From: Peptococcaceae bacterium 1109
GTDB lineage: Bacteria > Bacillota > Limnochordia > Darwinibacteriales > Darwinibacteriaceae
Direction: 5' to 3'
Assembly (NCBI GenBank): GCA_001028815.1
Contig: LDJB01000001.1
Location: 513,634-577,633 of the forward strand
Length of the DNA: 64,000 nt
This document shows positions 18,049 to 28,440 of the stretch, in pieces. Numbering within the stretch: the first letter of the stretch is position 1; every line of letters begins with the position of its first letter. A program made the position numbers and the translations under genes. The notes below the pieces were generated by a model that was given only the letters and a program-made list of their open reading frames with translations, did no database searches and had not been told where the DNA came from.

Positions 18049-20040
18049 ATGAGCAATTACGACCTGCAGAGAATCGCCCACGTTATCCGAGGCCTTTCTG
18101 CCGATGGGGTGGAAAAGGCTAATTCGGGCCATCCGGGGATGCCCTTGGGCTGTGCGGAAATTGGCAGCGTGCTCTTTTTCGATGCCCTGAAGCACAATCC
18201 CGCTAACTCAAAGTGGCCCCAGAGGGACCGCTTTATCCTCTCAGGAGGACACGGTTCCATGCTCCTGTATTCGCTCCTACACTTGAGCGGATATGATGTA
18301 ACCATGGATGATCTCCGTTCGTTCCGCCAGGTTGATTCCAGGACCCCAGGACACCCAGAGTACGGCGATACCGATGGGGTAGAAACCACCACGGGCCCCT
18401 TGGGGCAGGGGATCGCCAATGCTGTGGGCATGGCTATTGCTGAGCGCATGGCTGCCGCGCGCTTTAACCGCCCGGGATACGAGATCGTTGACAACTACAC
18501 CTATGCCTTAGCAGGCGATGGCTGCTTCATGGAAGGCATCAGCGGAGAAGCGTCGTCCCTCGCTGGCCATCTGAAGCTCGGGAAACTGATCGTAATCTAT
18601 GACTCAAACCAGATTACTATTGAAGGCTCTACAGACATCACCTTCACCGAGTCGGTCAAGGATCGCTACATTGCCTACGGCTGGCATGTCCAGGAGATCG
18701 ATGGCCATGACATTACCCAGATTAAGGATGCCATCGCTCAGGCTAAGAAGGTCACTGATCAGCCCAGCTTGATCGTTGCCAAGACCAGTATCGCGAAGGG
18801 AGCACCCACAAAGGTGGGCAGCGCCTCAAGCCATGGGTCACCCCTGGGAGAGGAAGAGATCAAGGGCCTGAAGCGGAACCTCGGCCTACCTGAGGATGAG
18901 AAGTTCTTTATCCCCGACGAACTCCAGGGCCTCAGGGAGCACATGCAAAAGCAAGGCGAGGCCCAGGAAGCAGAGTGGAGCAAGCTCTTTGCCCAGTGGG
19001 CAGAAGAGTACCCCGATTTAGCCAAGCAGTGGAACAGCTGGATGGCAGGGGAGCTGCCTGAGGATATAGATGAGGTCTTGACAATGTTCTCTCCCGGCCA
19101 GAAGCTGGCCACTCGTGCTGCAAGCGGGAAAGTGCTCAACGCCCTGGCCGCGAAGATGCCCAACCTCATTGGTGGATCCGCGGACTTGGCCCCGTCCAAC
19201 AACACCTACCTTGAGGGGATGGGAAATGTCAGGCCAGGTGACTTCAGCGGACGGAACTTCAACTTCGGGGTGCGGGAACATGCGATGGGTGCAATTGTAA
19301 ACGGCATCCAGCTGTACGGCGGATTCCGCGTATTCGGTGCTACCTTCCTGGTTTTCAGCGACTACATGCGGCCGGCAATCCGTCTCTCTTCTCTAATGAA
19401 GCTCCCCGTGGTGTATGTGCTCACCCATGACTCCATTTATGTGGGGGAAGATGGGCCCACACACCAACCGATCGAGCATACGGAGTCTCTGCGCCTCATT
19501 CCTAACCTCCGGGTTTACCGTCCAGCCGATGCAGAGGAGACTGCATGGGCATGGGTAGAAGCGCTCAAGCGTAACGACGGCCCATCATGTCTTGTCCTCA
19601 CCAGGCAAGGCCTGCCTGTGATGGAGAAGACTGCCGGATGGGATTTCCGTAAGGGCGGATATGTCCTCTCTGAGGCTAAGGGTAAGCTCCAGCTAGTCTT
19701 GGCAGCCACAGGGAGTGAAGTGTCCCTGGCTGTGGAAGCAGCTCGCCTCTTGGAAGAGCAAGGCGTGGGGGTCAGGGTTGTGTCCATCCCATGCGCTGAA
19801 ACCTTCTACGCTCAGGATGCGGAATACCGCAGCAGTGTTCTCCCTGATGGAACCGCTATTATGGTGGTCGAAGCTGGCGTTACGCGGGGTTGGTACAGCC
19901 TCAAGCCCGGGGCTAAGATTGCAGTCTACGGTATTGACCGCTTCGGCATGAGCGGGCCTGGAGAACAGGTTGCGGCTCGCCTCGGGCTTACTCCTGAGGC
20001 CGTTGCAGAGCATGCCCTGGCTTTTGTGAGATCCAACTAG
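18049..20040 (+). CDS. tkt: transketolase
   Basis: [15 protein letters not shown]-binding N-terminus, GDGCFMEG motif, ~660 aa; ATG 18049 is the conserved-length start (GTG 18001 abuts the RBS with 0 spacing). Confidence 0.9.
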   Translation: MSNYDLQRIAHVIRGLSADGVEKANSGHPGMPLGCAEIGSVLFFDALKHNPANSKWPQRDRFILSGGHGSMLLYSLLHLSGYDVTMDDLRSFRQVDSRTPGHPEYGDTDGVETTTGPLGQGIANAVGMAIAERMAAARFNRPGYEIVDNYTYALAGDGCFMEGISGEASSLAGHLKLGKLIVIYDSNQITIEGSTDITFTESVKDRYIAYGWHVQEIDGHDITQIKDAIAQAKKVTDQPSLIVAKTSIAKGAPTKVGSASSHGSPLGEEEIKGLKRNLGLPEDEKFFIPDELQGLREHMQKQGEAQEAEWSKLFAQWAEEYPDLAKQWNSWMAGELPEDIDEVLTMFSPGQKLATRAASGKVLNALAAKMPNLIGGSADLAPSNNTYLEGMGNVRPGDFSGRNFNFGVREHAMGAIVNGIQLYGGFRVFGATFLVFSDYMRPAIRLSSLMKLPVVYVLTHDSIYVGEDGPTHQPIEHTESLRLIPNLRVYRPADAEETAWAWVEALKRNDGPSCLVLTRQGLPVMEKTAGWDFRKGGYVLSEAKGKLQLVLAATGSEVSLAVEAARLLEEQGVGVRVVSIPCAETFYAQDAEYRSSVLPDGTAIMVVEAGVTRGWYSLKPGAKIAVYGIDRFGMSGPGEQVAARLGLTPEAVAEHALAFVRSN

Positions 20041-20065
20041 GTTCTAAAGGGGAGGGGGCTGTGGC

Positions 20066-20260
20066 ATGGCCGTCATAGCGGAAGTGGGCGTGGGAGAGAT
20101 ATGGCTCACCCCCATTCACCCTTCCCCTTCATATCACATGTGTGATGTTGCAGATTACTACGCGGTGGACCCCGCTTTCGGGGTTCTTACCGCGTTTCGT
20201 CCTTTTGTGGACGAAGTTCATGCCAAAGCGCTCTCTGGAGAGAATACTACCGTGCGCAAT
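20066..20260 (+). pseudogene. GH13 alpha-amylase-family gene remnant (N-terminal catalytic-domain fragment only)
   Basis: GVGEIWLTPIHPSPSYHMCDVADYYAVDPAFG...FVDEVHAKAL matches the GH13 region I (G.dAiWLtPif.sps.hGYD..DYy.vdp.fG); no downstream GH13 regions; the rest of the track ORF is antisense to the cotF-like gene. Confidence 0.55.
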
Positions 20261-20353
20261 CCCGGGGAAGGGCTGGCCCCACTCTTAGCGCCTTGCGGCA
20301 CCCTGGCCGTGCACAAACTTAAAAGCTGCCTTGAGCGGCAGCTTCTTGCTAGT

Positions 20354-20749
20354 CTAGGGCCGGAACGTGGGTTGGCCAGCGAATTGGCTTTGGTAGCCGG
20401 CAAACTTCTGCTGCTGTTGTGCGATGTGGCTGGGCTGTTCAGCTTGCGTCGAATACCAGCCTTTCTCGAACATCAGGTTAAAGAGCTCTCGAGCTGCATG
20501 ATGGGTCTGGTTGAGAATCTGCATCACGTCCCGGTGCAGCGCCTGGTGACTTGCCTCTCTGGCAAAGACATTCAGCCCATCAGTAAGATACTTCTCTGTT
20601 AGGAGCATGTCGTTGAGGCGATCCCTATCGTTTAAAGCGGGCGTCTTAGGCTGCTGCATGGCACTGGGCTGCGGATTCTTGATGGTTGGGGCCTGCGCTC
20701 CTGGGTAGCTTGGAAAACCGCCAGAGGTTCCTTGCTGTCGAAACTGCAT
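20354..20749 (-). CDS. spore coat protein, CotF-family (Coat_F domain)
   Basis: LNDMLLTEKYLTDGLNVFAREASHQALHRDVMQILNQTHHAARELFNLMFEKGWY matches the Coat F domain consensus; RBS AGGAGG. Confidence 0.75.
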   Translation of the reverse strand: MQFRQQGTSGGFPSYPGAQAPTIKNPQPSAMQQPKTPALNDRDRLNDMLLTEKYLTDGLNVFAREASHQALHRDVMQILNQTHHAARELFNLMFEKGWYSTQAEQPSHIAQQQQKFAGYQSQFAGQPTFRP

Positions 20750-20765
20750 ACTCAGCCTCCTAGCA

Positions 20766-21038
20766 TTATTGGTATCCTTGGTACTGCTGTTGTGGTTGGA
20801 GGTGGTTGAGCAGTACCTGGTAGTGCCGCTGGTGAAGCTGGCTCATTTCCTGAAGCTTCTGCTTGATCTGGGGATCTTGGCACTCATCAGCCATGTTGTG
20901 GGCCTTTTTCGAGGCCAGGAGCTCCCAGCTTAAGGCATCACTGATGTACAGTGTGTCTTTGGTTGATAGGACTTGCGGGGGCTGGGAGAAAGAGTGCTGT
21001 TGGTATGTGCCTTGAGGGTTGTACTGATTGTGATACAT
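20766..21038 (-). CDS. spore coat protein, CotF-like (second tandem copy)
   Basis: ...DALSWELLASKKAHNMADECQDPQIKQKLQEMSQLHQRHYQVLLNHL: Coat-F-like helical pattern, Q/Y-rich termini; RBS AAGGAGG. Confidence 0.6.
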   Translation of the reverse strand: MYHNQYNPQGTYQQHSFSQPPQVLSTKDTLYISDALSWELLASKKAHNMADECQDPQIKQKLQEMSQLHQRHYQVLLNHLQPQQQYQGYQ

Positions 21039-21226
21039 TCGGAGCCTCCTTTACAACTAGGTTGCACCAATATTTTGCCCCGAAACAAAAAACTTACACC
21101 TGGGCGAAAGGACTCTGGGGATAATTGGAGAAATAAATACTAAGCGACCAACTAAGGATTGTTCTTATGGTTTAGGCGCAAGCTATTAGATGCGAGGACT
21201 ACGGAACTGGTAAGGAGGCAACAGTA

Positions 21227-22450
21227 ATGAGTGAGTTAATTGACAACCGCAAACACCGCCAAGAGGTGTTAAAAGGGATTATTAGAGATATCCACAGGGG
21301 AGCGGACCCTGATGATATTAAGCGGCGTTTTGCAGAGCTCTTGGATCAGGTGGGAGCCACGGAGATCTCCGCGATCGAGCAAGCCCTGATTGACGAAGGT
21401 TTACCCATTGAAGAGGTGCAGCAGCTTTGTGATGTGCACGTGCGGGTCTTCCGGGAGTCCCTAGATAAGCAGATGGCTGCAGGCGATGTAGCCGAGCCGG
21501 TTGAGGCCCACCCGGTGGCATGGTTCAAGGATGAGAATCAGCTGATTGGCGGCCTAGTGGAGGGGATCAAGGAGATCGTCACGCGAATCAGCGAACTTCC
21601 TGCCGGTACTGATATCACTGCTGAGCTCGGGGAGTGGCGCAAGAAGCATACGGAGCTTGGGATCGTTGACGCCCACTATGCCAGAAAGGAAAATGTACTG
21701 TTTCCCTATCTGGAGAAGAACGGCATTACAGGCCCGCCTTCCGTAATGTGGGGCATCCACGATGTGCTCCGGGCAGATTTGAGGGAAATCAGCCAGCTGA
21801 TCATTGGTTCAGAAAAGATCGCTAACCCCAGCCTGAACAGGGCCATTGCGGACAAGGTAATTCCTACCCTAAACCAGATCAGCGAGATGATCTATAAAGA
21901 AGAGAACATCTTGTTGCCCATGTGCATGGAAACCTTGACTGCGGACGAGTGGGATGAAGTCGCGAAGCAGCTGAAGGATCCGGAGATGGCAACCTATAAG
22001 GCACCTGCCACCGCTCAGGATGAAGCTGGGCCCCACCAGGGCCTGGTAAACCTGGATGTGGGCGCCTTAACTCCAGAGCAGATCAACCTCGTCCTGACCC
22101 ATCTACCTTTGGACGTCACATATGTGGATGAGAAGGACGAAGTTAAGTACTTTTCCCTGGGTAAGGAGCGGATTTTTGAGCGCACGCCCGCGGTGATCGG
22201 GCGGAAAGTACACAACTGCCATCCGCCCACAAGTGTCCATGTTGTGGAGCAGATTGTGAGCGACTTCAGGAGCGGCAAACGGGACCGGGCTGACTTCTGG
22301 ATCCAGTCTCAGGGTAAGTTCATATTGATCCAGTACTTCGCAGTGCGGGACCGGGAAGGCAACTACCGGGGCGTTTTGGAGGTAACTCAGGACGCTGCCT
22401 GGGTAAGGAGCCTCGAAGGGGAAAAGCGTATATATGATGAGGGCAAGTAA
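21227..22450 (+). CDS. DUF438-family protein (hemerythrin-like/PAS-containing, putative sensor)
   Basis: 407 aa; architecture recalled for the DUF438/DUF1858 family; strong RBS AAGGAGG; assignment from memory and unverified. Confidence 0.45.
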   Translation: MSELIDNRKHRQEVLKGIIRDIHRGADPDDIKRRFAELLDQVGATEISAIEQALIDEGLPIEEVQQLCDVHVRVFRESLDKQMAAGDVAEPVEAHPVAWFKDENQLIGGLVEGIKEIVTRISELPAGTDITAELGEWRKKHTELGIVDAHYARKENVLFPYLEKNGITGPPSVMWGIHDVLRADLREISQLIIGSEKIANPSLNRAIADKVIPTLNQISEMIYKEENILLPMCMETLTADEWDEVAKQLKDPEMATYKAPATAQDEAGPHQGLVNLDVGALTPEQINLVLTHLPLDVTYVDEKDEVKYFSLGKERIFERTPAVIGRKVHNCHPPTSVHVVEQIVSDFRSGKRDRADFWIQSQGKFILIQYFAVRDREGNYRGVLEVTQDAAWVRSLEGEKRIYDEGK

Positions 22451-22537
22451 GCACAGCTGAATCACTGCTGGATAGACTCTCCAGCCATAGCCGATACTAA
22501 CTCCAACCACAGTGTCGGCTAAGGAAGGAGAGTTTTT

Positions 22538-23470
22538 GTGTCCACGATAACCTTTTCCTGCCTTGATTGGGCAGCCGTGGTGGAACTGGTGGGAAGGCAC
22601 ATCCGGGAGATCGGGCAACACCAGGGCCCCGCGCAGTCTCTTCTTGATCACGTTCTTTCCAGCCAGGGGAAAATGCTCCGGGCTTACCTGGTCTTCCTCA
22701 CGAGCAGCCTTTGGGAGAGTGCCTCCCTGCCTGTTGTCCTAGATGTTGCTGCCGGCGTAGAACTGGTCCATCTAGCCTCTCTGATCCACGACGACATTGT
22801 GGATGAAGGGGAAAGGCGCCGAGGGCGGGTCAGTGCCCACCGGGCTTTCGGGGTTAAGGAAGCGGTTCTATTGGGAGATTACCTCTTCGCTTCTGCCTTC
22901 AATTTGTTTGCCAGGGCAGATGCGGGCGTTATTGCCGTCATGAGCCGGGCCATTGGTGAAATGAGCCTTGGCGAGATAAACGAGCTCCTGCAGCCGGGGC
23001 GGAGCCTTACCGAGTACTGGCGGTACATCCGCCGGAAAACAGCGAGCTTCTTGGGCGCGTGCTGCGAGTCAGGCGCGGTTTTGGCACGCCAGGGCCTTAA
23101 CCATCGCACTGTCTTGCGGCAGTTCGGAGAAGCGGTGGGAATGGCTTTCCAACTCACCGATGATGTCCTGGACTACCGGGGAAGCCCTGAGCGGCTTGGT
23201 AAATCGGTGGGCAAAGATTTCGCGCTCCAAGCCTGGACGCTCCCGATCATCTTGGCCGTAAGCAGGGGGCTGCTTGATCACAGCTGGGTACACCTGAGCT
23301 ACGGACAAGTGCAGGCCATTTTGACGGAAGGCGGAATTCTAGATGAAGCGTGGGAAATGGCCCTGGAATGGCTAGAGAGGGCCCAGACACTCTTGCTCCA
23401 GCTTCCTAAGGGGAGTGCCGCTAGACAGCTTGAGGGGCTACTTCAAACTCTGGCCCTCCGGGAAGCATAA
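22538..23470 (+). CDS. polyprenyl diphosphate synthase (trans-isoprenyl; HepT-like)
   Basis: First and second Asp-rich motifs LIHDDIVDEG and QLTDDVLDY. Confidence 0.8.
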   Translation: MSTITFSCLDWAAVVELVGRHIREIGQHQGPAQSLLDHVLSSQGKMLRAYLVFLTSSLWESASLPVVLDVAAGVELVHLASLIHDDIVDEGERRRGRVSAHRAFGVKEAVLLGDYLFASAFNLFARADAGVIAVMSRAIGEMSLGEINELLQPGRSLTEYWRYIRRKTASFLGACCESGAVLARQGLNHRTVLRQFGEAVGMAFQLTDDVLDYRGSPERLGKSVGKDFALQAWTLPIILAVSRGLLDHSWVHLSYGQVQAILTEGGILDEAWEMALEWLERAQTLLLQLPKGSAARQLEGLLQTLALREA

Positions 23471-23475
23471 CTGGG

Positions 23476-24504
23476 CTACGAAATGACGCCCATGCGCCGC
23501 AACCCCAGGCAAGCGGGGAGCAAGTACCTGGCACTTGAGCCTTTGCTGAGCTGGTGAAATATGTCTCGCTGCCCTTGGGCTTTTGCCTTAGGATCTGAGC
23601 CGTAGAGAGCCACTAAGCCGTCGATGACGGTGTGGTGGAAGTAGCTGTGGGGGAGGGCACGGGCTCGGATTCTGCTTTCCTGGGCGAACTGCTGCAAGGC
23701 GAGGCACAGCTCAGCCCTAGTAGAGTAGTAGAATGTGAAGTTAAGGTCGCCATGGAGCTTATCCTCACCTTGGTCGATAAGATAGTCCAGGAGGATGTGG
23801 AGCCCCTGAGTCCAGGGGAAGTAGGCATCGAGGATCGCCTGTTCTCGTACAGCCGGCGCCTGGCTGGCCAGGGCAAAACAGAAGAAGATACCTAGAGTCG
23901 ATCCTGCGGCAGCGGCCCACTCTTGCCACTTTATACTCTTGGGAAAGGCACGGCCGATCCATTCCTGAAGGTACTTTTCCCTATCTCGGCCTACATGTTT
24001 CCTAACCTGCAGCTCACAATAGTGCGTGGCTAAGTACAGGGCTGCCCGTTGATACGAGCGGTAGTAGGGGAGTTGGCTGAGGTTTTCTTGACATGCACGC
24101 ACCAACCCTAGCAGGTAGGTGCTCTCCCCGTAGGGATAATCCTGGTAATAGTCCTGGCTGGGTTCGGTAAGTTCCAGGGCCTGTAGGAAGCTCTTGTGGA
24201 GCCTACGGAATGCGGCCTCATCGGTGACGTCTAGGCGGTCGCAGAGGTTGTCTAGGTAGTCGCTGATGGTCTGGAGGGCCACAATCGCGCCCAGGACTAC
24301 TTCTGTCATTGCACCGGGGTAGACGGCATAGACTGCTCCTCCCAAGCAATGGAAAGCTTTGTTGTTGATGCTGGCTAAGGCTTGTTCCCTTAAGGGGCTG
24401 GGAATGGCCTGGGCTGCTTTGACCCACCTTCTCAGTTCCTGGCGGACTTTAGGGAACAGCCTCAGATAGTCTTTGATGAGCTGCATTCGCCTGATGAACC
24501 CCAT
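23476..24504 (-). CDS. YtpB-like (DUF2600) putative tetraprenyl-beta-curcumene synthase
   Basis: ...KVRQELRRWVKAAQAIPSPLREQALASINNKAFHCLGGAVYAVYP... resembles the YtpB family N-terminus; ~340 aa; convergent with the polyprenyl synthase gene. Confidence 0.5.
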   Translation of the reverse strand: MGFIRRMQLIKDYLRLFPKVRQELRRWVKAAQAIPSPLREQALASINNKAFHCLGGAVYAVYPGAMTEVVLGAIVALQTISDYLDNLCDRLDVTDEAAFRRLHKSFLQALELTEPSQDYYQDYPYGESTYLLGLVRACQENLSQLPYYRSYQRAALYLATHYCELQVRKHVGRDREKYLQEWIGRAFPKSIKWQEWAAAAGSTLGIFFCFALASQAPAVREQAILDAYFPWTQGLHILLDYLIDQGEDKLHGDLNFTFYYSTRAELCLALQQFAQESRIRARALPHSYFHHTVIDGLVALYGSDPKAKAQGQRDIFHQLSKGSSARYLLPACLGLRRMGVIS

Positions 24505-24623
24505 GGCTTTACCTCCTGGACTTACATTCTCCACGGGGGGCCCTTTTTAGTCAGATGTTTCCTCGGCAGGGAATAGAGGGCCAGAGTAGAAGAGTTATGG
24601 CACAACGAATCTAGGAAGGGCTG

Positions 24624-25313
24624 ATGGTTATTCCTAACATAGAGTTCCTGGTATTTGTGGACGTAGAAACCACGGGGTTAAACCCCTTTGCTGACCGCAT
24701 TATTGAGATCTTCATGCTCAAGCTCTTGGCCTCTGGCGAGGTGGAAGAGTACGGGACGCTGATCAATCCAGGGCGGCCTCTCCCTGCGGAGATCGTACAG
24801 CTCACTGGCCTCACAGATGAGGATCTGGCAGACAGCCCCAAAGAGGCCAGTGCAGCCCCTGCCATCCGGGAGTTCATTGGTGAGGGAACACTGGTTGCCC
24901 ACAACCTCTCCTTCGACCAGCGGTTTCTAAGCGCGATGTTTCGCCGCACTAAACAGCCGCCCCTTCCAGGGGGAGGTATCGATACCCTTGCCTTGAGTAG
25001 AGCCCTCTTTCCCAAGCTCTGCATCTATCCTGGAGGCGGGGGCAGCCACAGGCTGAGTAATCTCATGTACCACTTCGGCCTCGACGGACTGTACAGCAAC
25101 TCTCACCGAGCTAGGGATGATGTCATGCTGCTGGTGGAAGTCTACCGCCACCTGCAAGACCATGCTCTGGGGCGCAGTGGGGTGAGCTACCCTGAGGCAG
25201 TAACCCATGGGTGCCCTGTATGCGGTGCGGCCATGCGCATGGAAAGGGCAGCAGGCCAGCATATCTTGACCTGTACCAACGAACCATCGTGTACCGAAAA
25301 ACTGGTCGTTTAG
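24624..25313 (+). CDS. DnaQ-like 3'-5' exonuclease with C-terminal zinc ribbon
   Basis: FVDVETTGLNP (Exo I), HNLSFDQRF (Exo II), H..RARDD (Exo III); C-terminal CPVCG...CTNEPSC. Confidence 0.8.
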   Translation: MVIPNIEFLVFVDVETTGLNPFADRIIEIFMLKLLASGEVEEYGTLINPGRPLPAEIVQLTGLTDEDLADSPKEASAAPAIREFIGEGTLVAHNLSFDQRFLSAMFRRTKQPPLPGGGIDTLALSRALFPKLCIYPGGGGSHRLSNLMYHFGLDGLYSNSHRARDDVMLLVEVYRHLQDHALGRSGVSYPEAVTHGCPVCGAAMRMERAAGQHILTCTNEPSCTEKLVV

Positions 25314-25316
25314 ATG

Positions 25317-25345
25317 TTGACATATACCCCCTGGGGGTATATAAT
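25317..25345 (+). promoter_or_regulatory. consensus sigma-A promoter for trxA (TTGACA-17-TATAAT)
   Basis: ttgaca at 25317-25322 and tataat at 25340-25345 with an exact 17-nt spacer. Confidence 0.7.
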
Positions 25346-25376
25346 GAGAATGAAAATCGGTAGAGGAGGATAAGTG

Positions 25377-25697
25377 ATGCTGGAAACATTAACCGATAGC
25401 AACTTCCAAGCAGAGGTCTTGGATCACAAGGGAGTAGCGTTCGTTGACTTTTGGGCACCGTGGTGCGGTCCGTGCCGGATGGTGGGGCCTATCGTGGAAC
25501 AGTTGGCTTCTGAGTACGATGGCAAAGTCAAGTTTGGCAAGCTGAACGTCGATGACAACCAGAGGAGCGCCGTGAACTACGGCATCATGAGCATTCCCAC
25601 CATGGTGATCTTCAAGGACGGGCAAGAGGTAGATCGCTTGGTTGGCGCAATGCCCAAGCAGATGATCTCCGCACGCATCGATCAGTGGCTCAGCTAG
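25377..25697 (+). CDS. trxA: thioredoxin
   Basis: WAPWCGPCR active site; 106 aa; RBS GAGGAGGA. Confidence 0.95.
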   Translation: MLETLTDSNFQAEVLDHKGVAFVDFWAPWCGPCRMVGPIVEQLASEYDGKVKFGKLNVDDNQRSAVNYGIMSIPTMVIFKDGQEVDRLVGAMPKQMISARIDQWLS

Positions 25698-25722
25698 ACT
25701 GTGAGGAGAAAACCGTAAACCC

Positions 25723-25751
25723 TTGACAACGGGAGAGAGATGTTATAGAAT
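25723..25751 (+). promoter_or_regulatory. sigma-A-type promoter for tRNA-fMet (TTGACA-17-TAGAAT)
   Basis: ttgaca 25723-25728 and tagaat 25746-25751; tRNA 5' end 12 nt downstream. Confidence 0.55.
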
Positions 25752-25762
25752 AAGATGTGCGA

Positions 25763-25839
<77 letters not shown>

Positions 25840-25852
25840 ATTTTGCGAATCG

Positions 25853-25877
25853 AGACCGGCGCGCCCGGTCTTTTTTC
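25853..25877 (+). terminator. terminator after tRNA-fMet
   Basis: agaccgg-cgcgc-ccggtct hairpin followed by TTTTTT. Confidence 0.7.
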
Positions 25878-25891
25878 TTGGGAGGGAACCA

Positions 25892-26318
25892 GATGCCTAT
25901 ACCAGTCATGGCAGCAATTATCCGCCACAACGGCAAGATTCTCCTGTGCCAGCGGAAAACAGGTGCCTTGGCCGGCAAATGGGAATTTCCTGGAGGTAAG
26001 CTTGAGAACGGTGAATCGCCAGAGGAATGCCTCGTACGTGAGGTTAGGGAAGAGCTGGGCGTGGAGATTGCTGTGGAGCGCATTTACAAGGCTGTGAACA
26101 TGCACTACAACCATGGGGACTTCCTGCTCCTTGGTTATTTAACCAAGTATGTTTCAGGAGAGATCAGCCTCGTGGTTCATCAAGACTATGCTTGGGTGGA
26201 ACCAGAGAGGCTGACCGACTACGATTTGGCCATGGCCAATATCCCTATTGCTCAAAGCCTAAAAGAAGAGGCCGATCCCGCCCGGGCCAGCGTGAGTGGC
26301 TATAGTGGGGCCCACTAG
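25892..26318 (+). CDS. Nudix hydrolase (MutT/8-oxo-dGTP or CTP pyrophosphohydrolase-like)
   Basis: Nudix box [29 protein letters not shown]; RBS GGAGGG before ATG 25892; the track ORF N-terminus is a translation of the tRNA. Confidence 0.85.
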
Positions 26319-27101
26319 GCCTTCGATGATCCGCTTGGGCTCTAGATGCTCTTGCACCATTGCCACAAATTCTGGGAACAGGTCCCCTGCGTTGGTGTGA
26401 GCAGCAGCGATTGTGGCATTGGCAAAATCTACTTGCTCTGCTTGAGCCTTGTCAATCAATGATTGCAGGGCTTTTTTTACTGTCCGCACCTTGTCTCGGA
26501 CCTCAACGGTCCCTTCACGGGTAAAGGTAAGGATGGGCTTAATCTGCAAGATGGACCCGACCAGCCCCTGTGTTTTAGACAGCCGGCCTCCACGGACGAT
26601 GTGGTCCAGTGCATCCAGCATAATAAACCCAAAGGCTCTCTCTCGGTGCCTTTCCAATTGGGCAATGATCTCTGCAGGGGATAGTCCCGCTTCAGCCAGT
26701 TCACCAGCTCTCAACACATACAGGCTTTCACCTAGGGAAGCTGAGTGCGTATCGAACACGTGAATCCTGTCAGTGTTCAGCATTTCCCTGGCTATCACAG
26801 CGCTTTGAAAGGTACCGCTCAGGCTGTGGGACAGCCCAATGTACAAGATCTCCTGGCCTGCCTCCACATATGGGCGGAAAGCTTCAGCAAACTCGTGGGG
26901 ATTTACCTGGTTGGTGGAGGGTAATTCTGGGTCAGAGGCGAGCAGGCGGTAGAACTCTTCAGGAGTTAAGGTTACATTGTCCTTATACTCCCGATCGCCG
27001 AACATGACGCTCAGAGGGACCACATCCACATCGTACTGCTCCCGTATACTGCGGGGGAGATCCGCGGCACTATCTGTAAAAAGCTTGAGTTTAGGCTCCA
27101 C
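26259..27101 (-). CDS. DegV-family fatty-acid-binding protein
   Basis: DegV fold pattern ([10 protein letters not shown]..., SGTFQSA, IHVFDT); GTG start with GGAGTG RBS. Confidence 0.85.
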   Translation of the reverse strand: MEPKLKLFTDSAADLPRSIREQYDVDVVPLSVMFGDREYKDNVTLTPEEFYRLLASDPELPSTNQVNPHEFAEAFRPYVEAGQEILYIGLSHSLSGTFQSAVIAREMLNTDRIHVFDTHSASLGESLYVLRAGELAEAGLSPAEIIAQLERHRERAFGFIMLDALDHIVRGGRLSKTQGLVGSILQIKPILTFTREGTVEVRDKVRTVKKALQSLIDKAQAEQVDFANATIAAAHTNAGDLFPEFVAMVQEHLEPKRIIEGLVGPTIATHAGPGGIGLFF

Positions 27102-27201
27102 AAGAATTCACTCCTAAGCATGGCGTTTCCCTTCAGGAATTCGGGAGTGAAAGCGTGCTTCCTTCGCACTGGTGATATTATCTGGTACTAATTTTCCCGG
27201 A

Positions 27202-28380
27202 TTAGTGAGGCAACTCAGCGGGGTTAGTGATTATGACATCTTGCTCCTCTCGAGGAAGGCGCGTAACAGCCATACCTGCTGCGAGAGAAATCACCGCGAG
27301 TAGCAGGATGCCCCACCTCAGGTTGGCATATTCACCCACATAACCGAGAACCCATGGGAAAACAAGGCCACCGATGCCCGCTGCTGTCACCAGCCCGCCA
27401 GAAACCTGTACTCTGGCGTAAGGGTACGCTTGGGTGCCGTTGAGCATGACCATAGGGAAAATCGCTGAGAGGCTCAGCCCTGCGAGTAAGAAGCCTGCCA
27501 ACACAAGCCAAGGGCTCTTAAGAGCGGCAATGGCCAAGAGGATGGCCGCGGTAGCGGGGAAGAGAATCAGGACAGTGGCTCGGGGAGTAAAGCGGTGGCT
27601 GAACCGTCCCGCAACCCCTCTGCCGATGGCCAGCCCCAACCACATAAGGGATACTCCCAGGGATGCTGTCTTTGCCTGGAGGGAGAACTCCGCTGTGAGA
27701 TAGGTGGGGATCCAGCCCATCAAGGAGCCTTCCACGCCGCAATAAACAGCCATGAGGCCCATTAAGAGCCAGAACACTCTTTCCCGATAGATGCTTGTTG
27801 AAGCGGGCTTTTCTCTGGAAGCAGGCCTTGCCTCAGCTTGCTCTAGGCGGAGAAGAGGAGTCCTTAGGAGTGCTAGCGTCAAAGGCACAAAGGGCACCGC
27901 ACACGCCCAGTAGGCCCACTGCCATCCCCCAAACCAGTTTATAATCAGAGCCAGAAAAAACGGGCTAGCGAGGGCGCCTAAACCAAAGGAAAAATGGAGC
28001 CAGTTGAGGGCAGCGGTGCCCCGCTCGCCAGGAATGCCCGAAACCGCTGCATTCAGGCCCACATCGATGATGCTGTAGCCTACGCCGCTGAAGAATCCAG
28101 CGGCCACCACGCCAACCCACACAGGCATAAGGGGTAGTACTAAGAGGGTGAGGGCGGCGGCGAGGCTGCCCGCTGCAATTAAGAAGCGGTTGCCAGTTAC
28201 CCTTGCGATGCTAGGGTAGAAAGTGGAGGAGAGTAAGTATCCGAGAGAGCTGATTAAAAAGAGAGAACCCGCTGTAGATAGGGGTAGGGAAAAGTGCTCA
28301 ATTAGGAACGGCAGGGCAACACCATTGACTGTGGCAGATGCTCCTAGGAAGACGAACGCTATGTAGGCAGTAAATTCCAT
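27202..28380 (-). CDS. MFS transporter
   Basis: 12 predicted TM helices, MFS-like loop motifs; start at MEFTAY... (GAGGAGG RBS) rather than the track M at 28401. Confidence 0.8.
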   Translation of the reverse strand: MEFTAYIAFVFLGASATVNGVALPFLIEHFSLPLSTAGSLFLISSLGYLLSSTFYPSIARVTGNRFLIAAGSLAAALTLLVLPLMPVWVGVVAAGFFSGVGYSIIDVGLNAAVSGIPGERGTAALNWLHFSFGLGALASPFFLALIINWFGGWQWAYWACAVPFVPLTLALLRTPLLRLEQAEARPASREKPASTSIYRERVFWLLMGLMAVYCGVEGSLMGWIPTYLTAEFSLQAKTASLGVSLMWLGLAIGRGVAGRFSHRFTPRATVLILFPATAAILLAIAALKSPWLVLAGFLLAGLSLSAIFPMVMLNGTQAYPYARVQVSGGLVTAAGIGGLVFPWVLGYVGEYANLRWGILLLAVISLAAGMAVTRLPREEQDVIITNPAELPH

Positions 28381-28440
28381 GCGATTACCTCCTCTTGCCA
28401 ATCATATCACGAACAGGGCGTTCTCGCTACTCCCACTGCC

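Noticed and set aside
20066-20602. 178-aa plus-strand ORF spanning the amylase-like segment and continuing over the cotF-like gene
   Set aside because: Only the first ~65 codons have GH13 similarity; the remainder is antisense to a well-supported Coat_F gene with its own RBS. Treated as remnant plus spurious extension.
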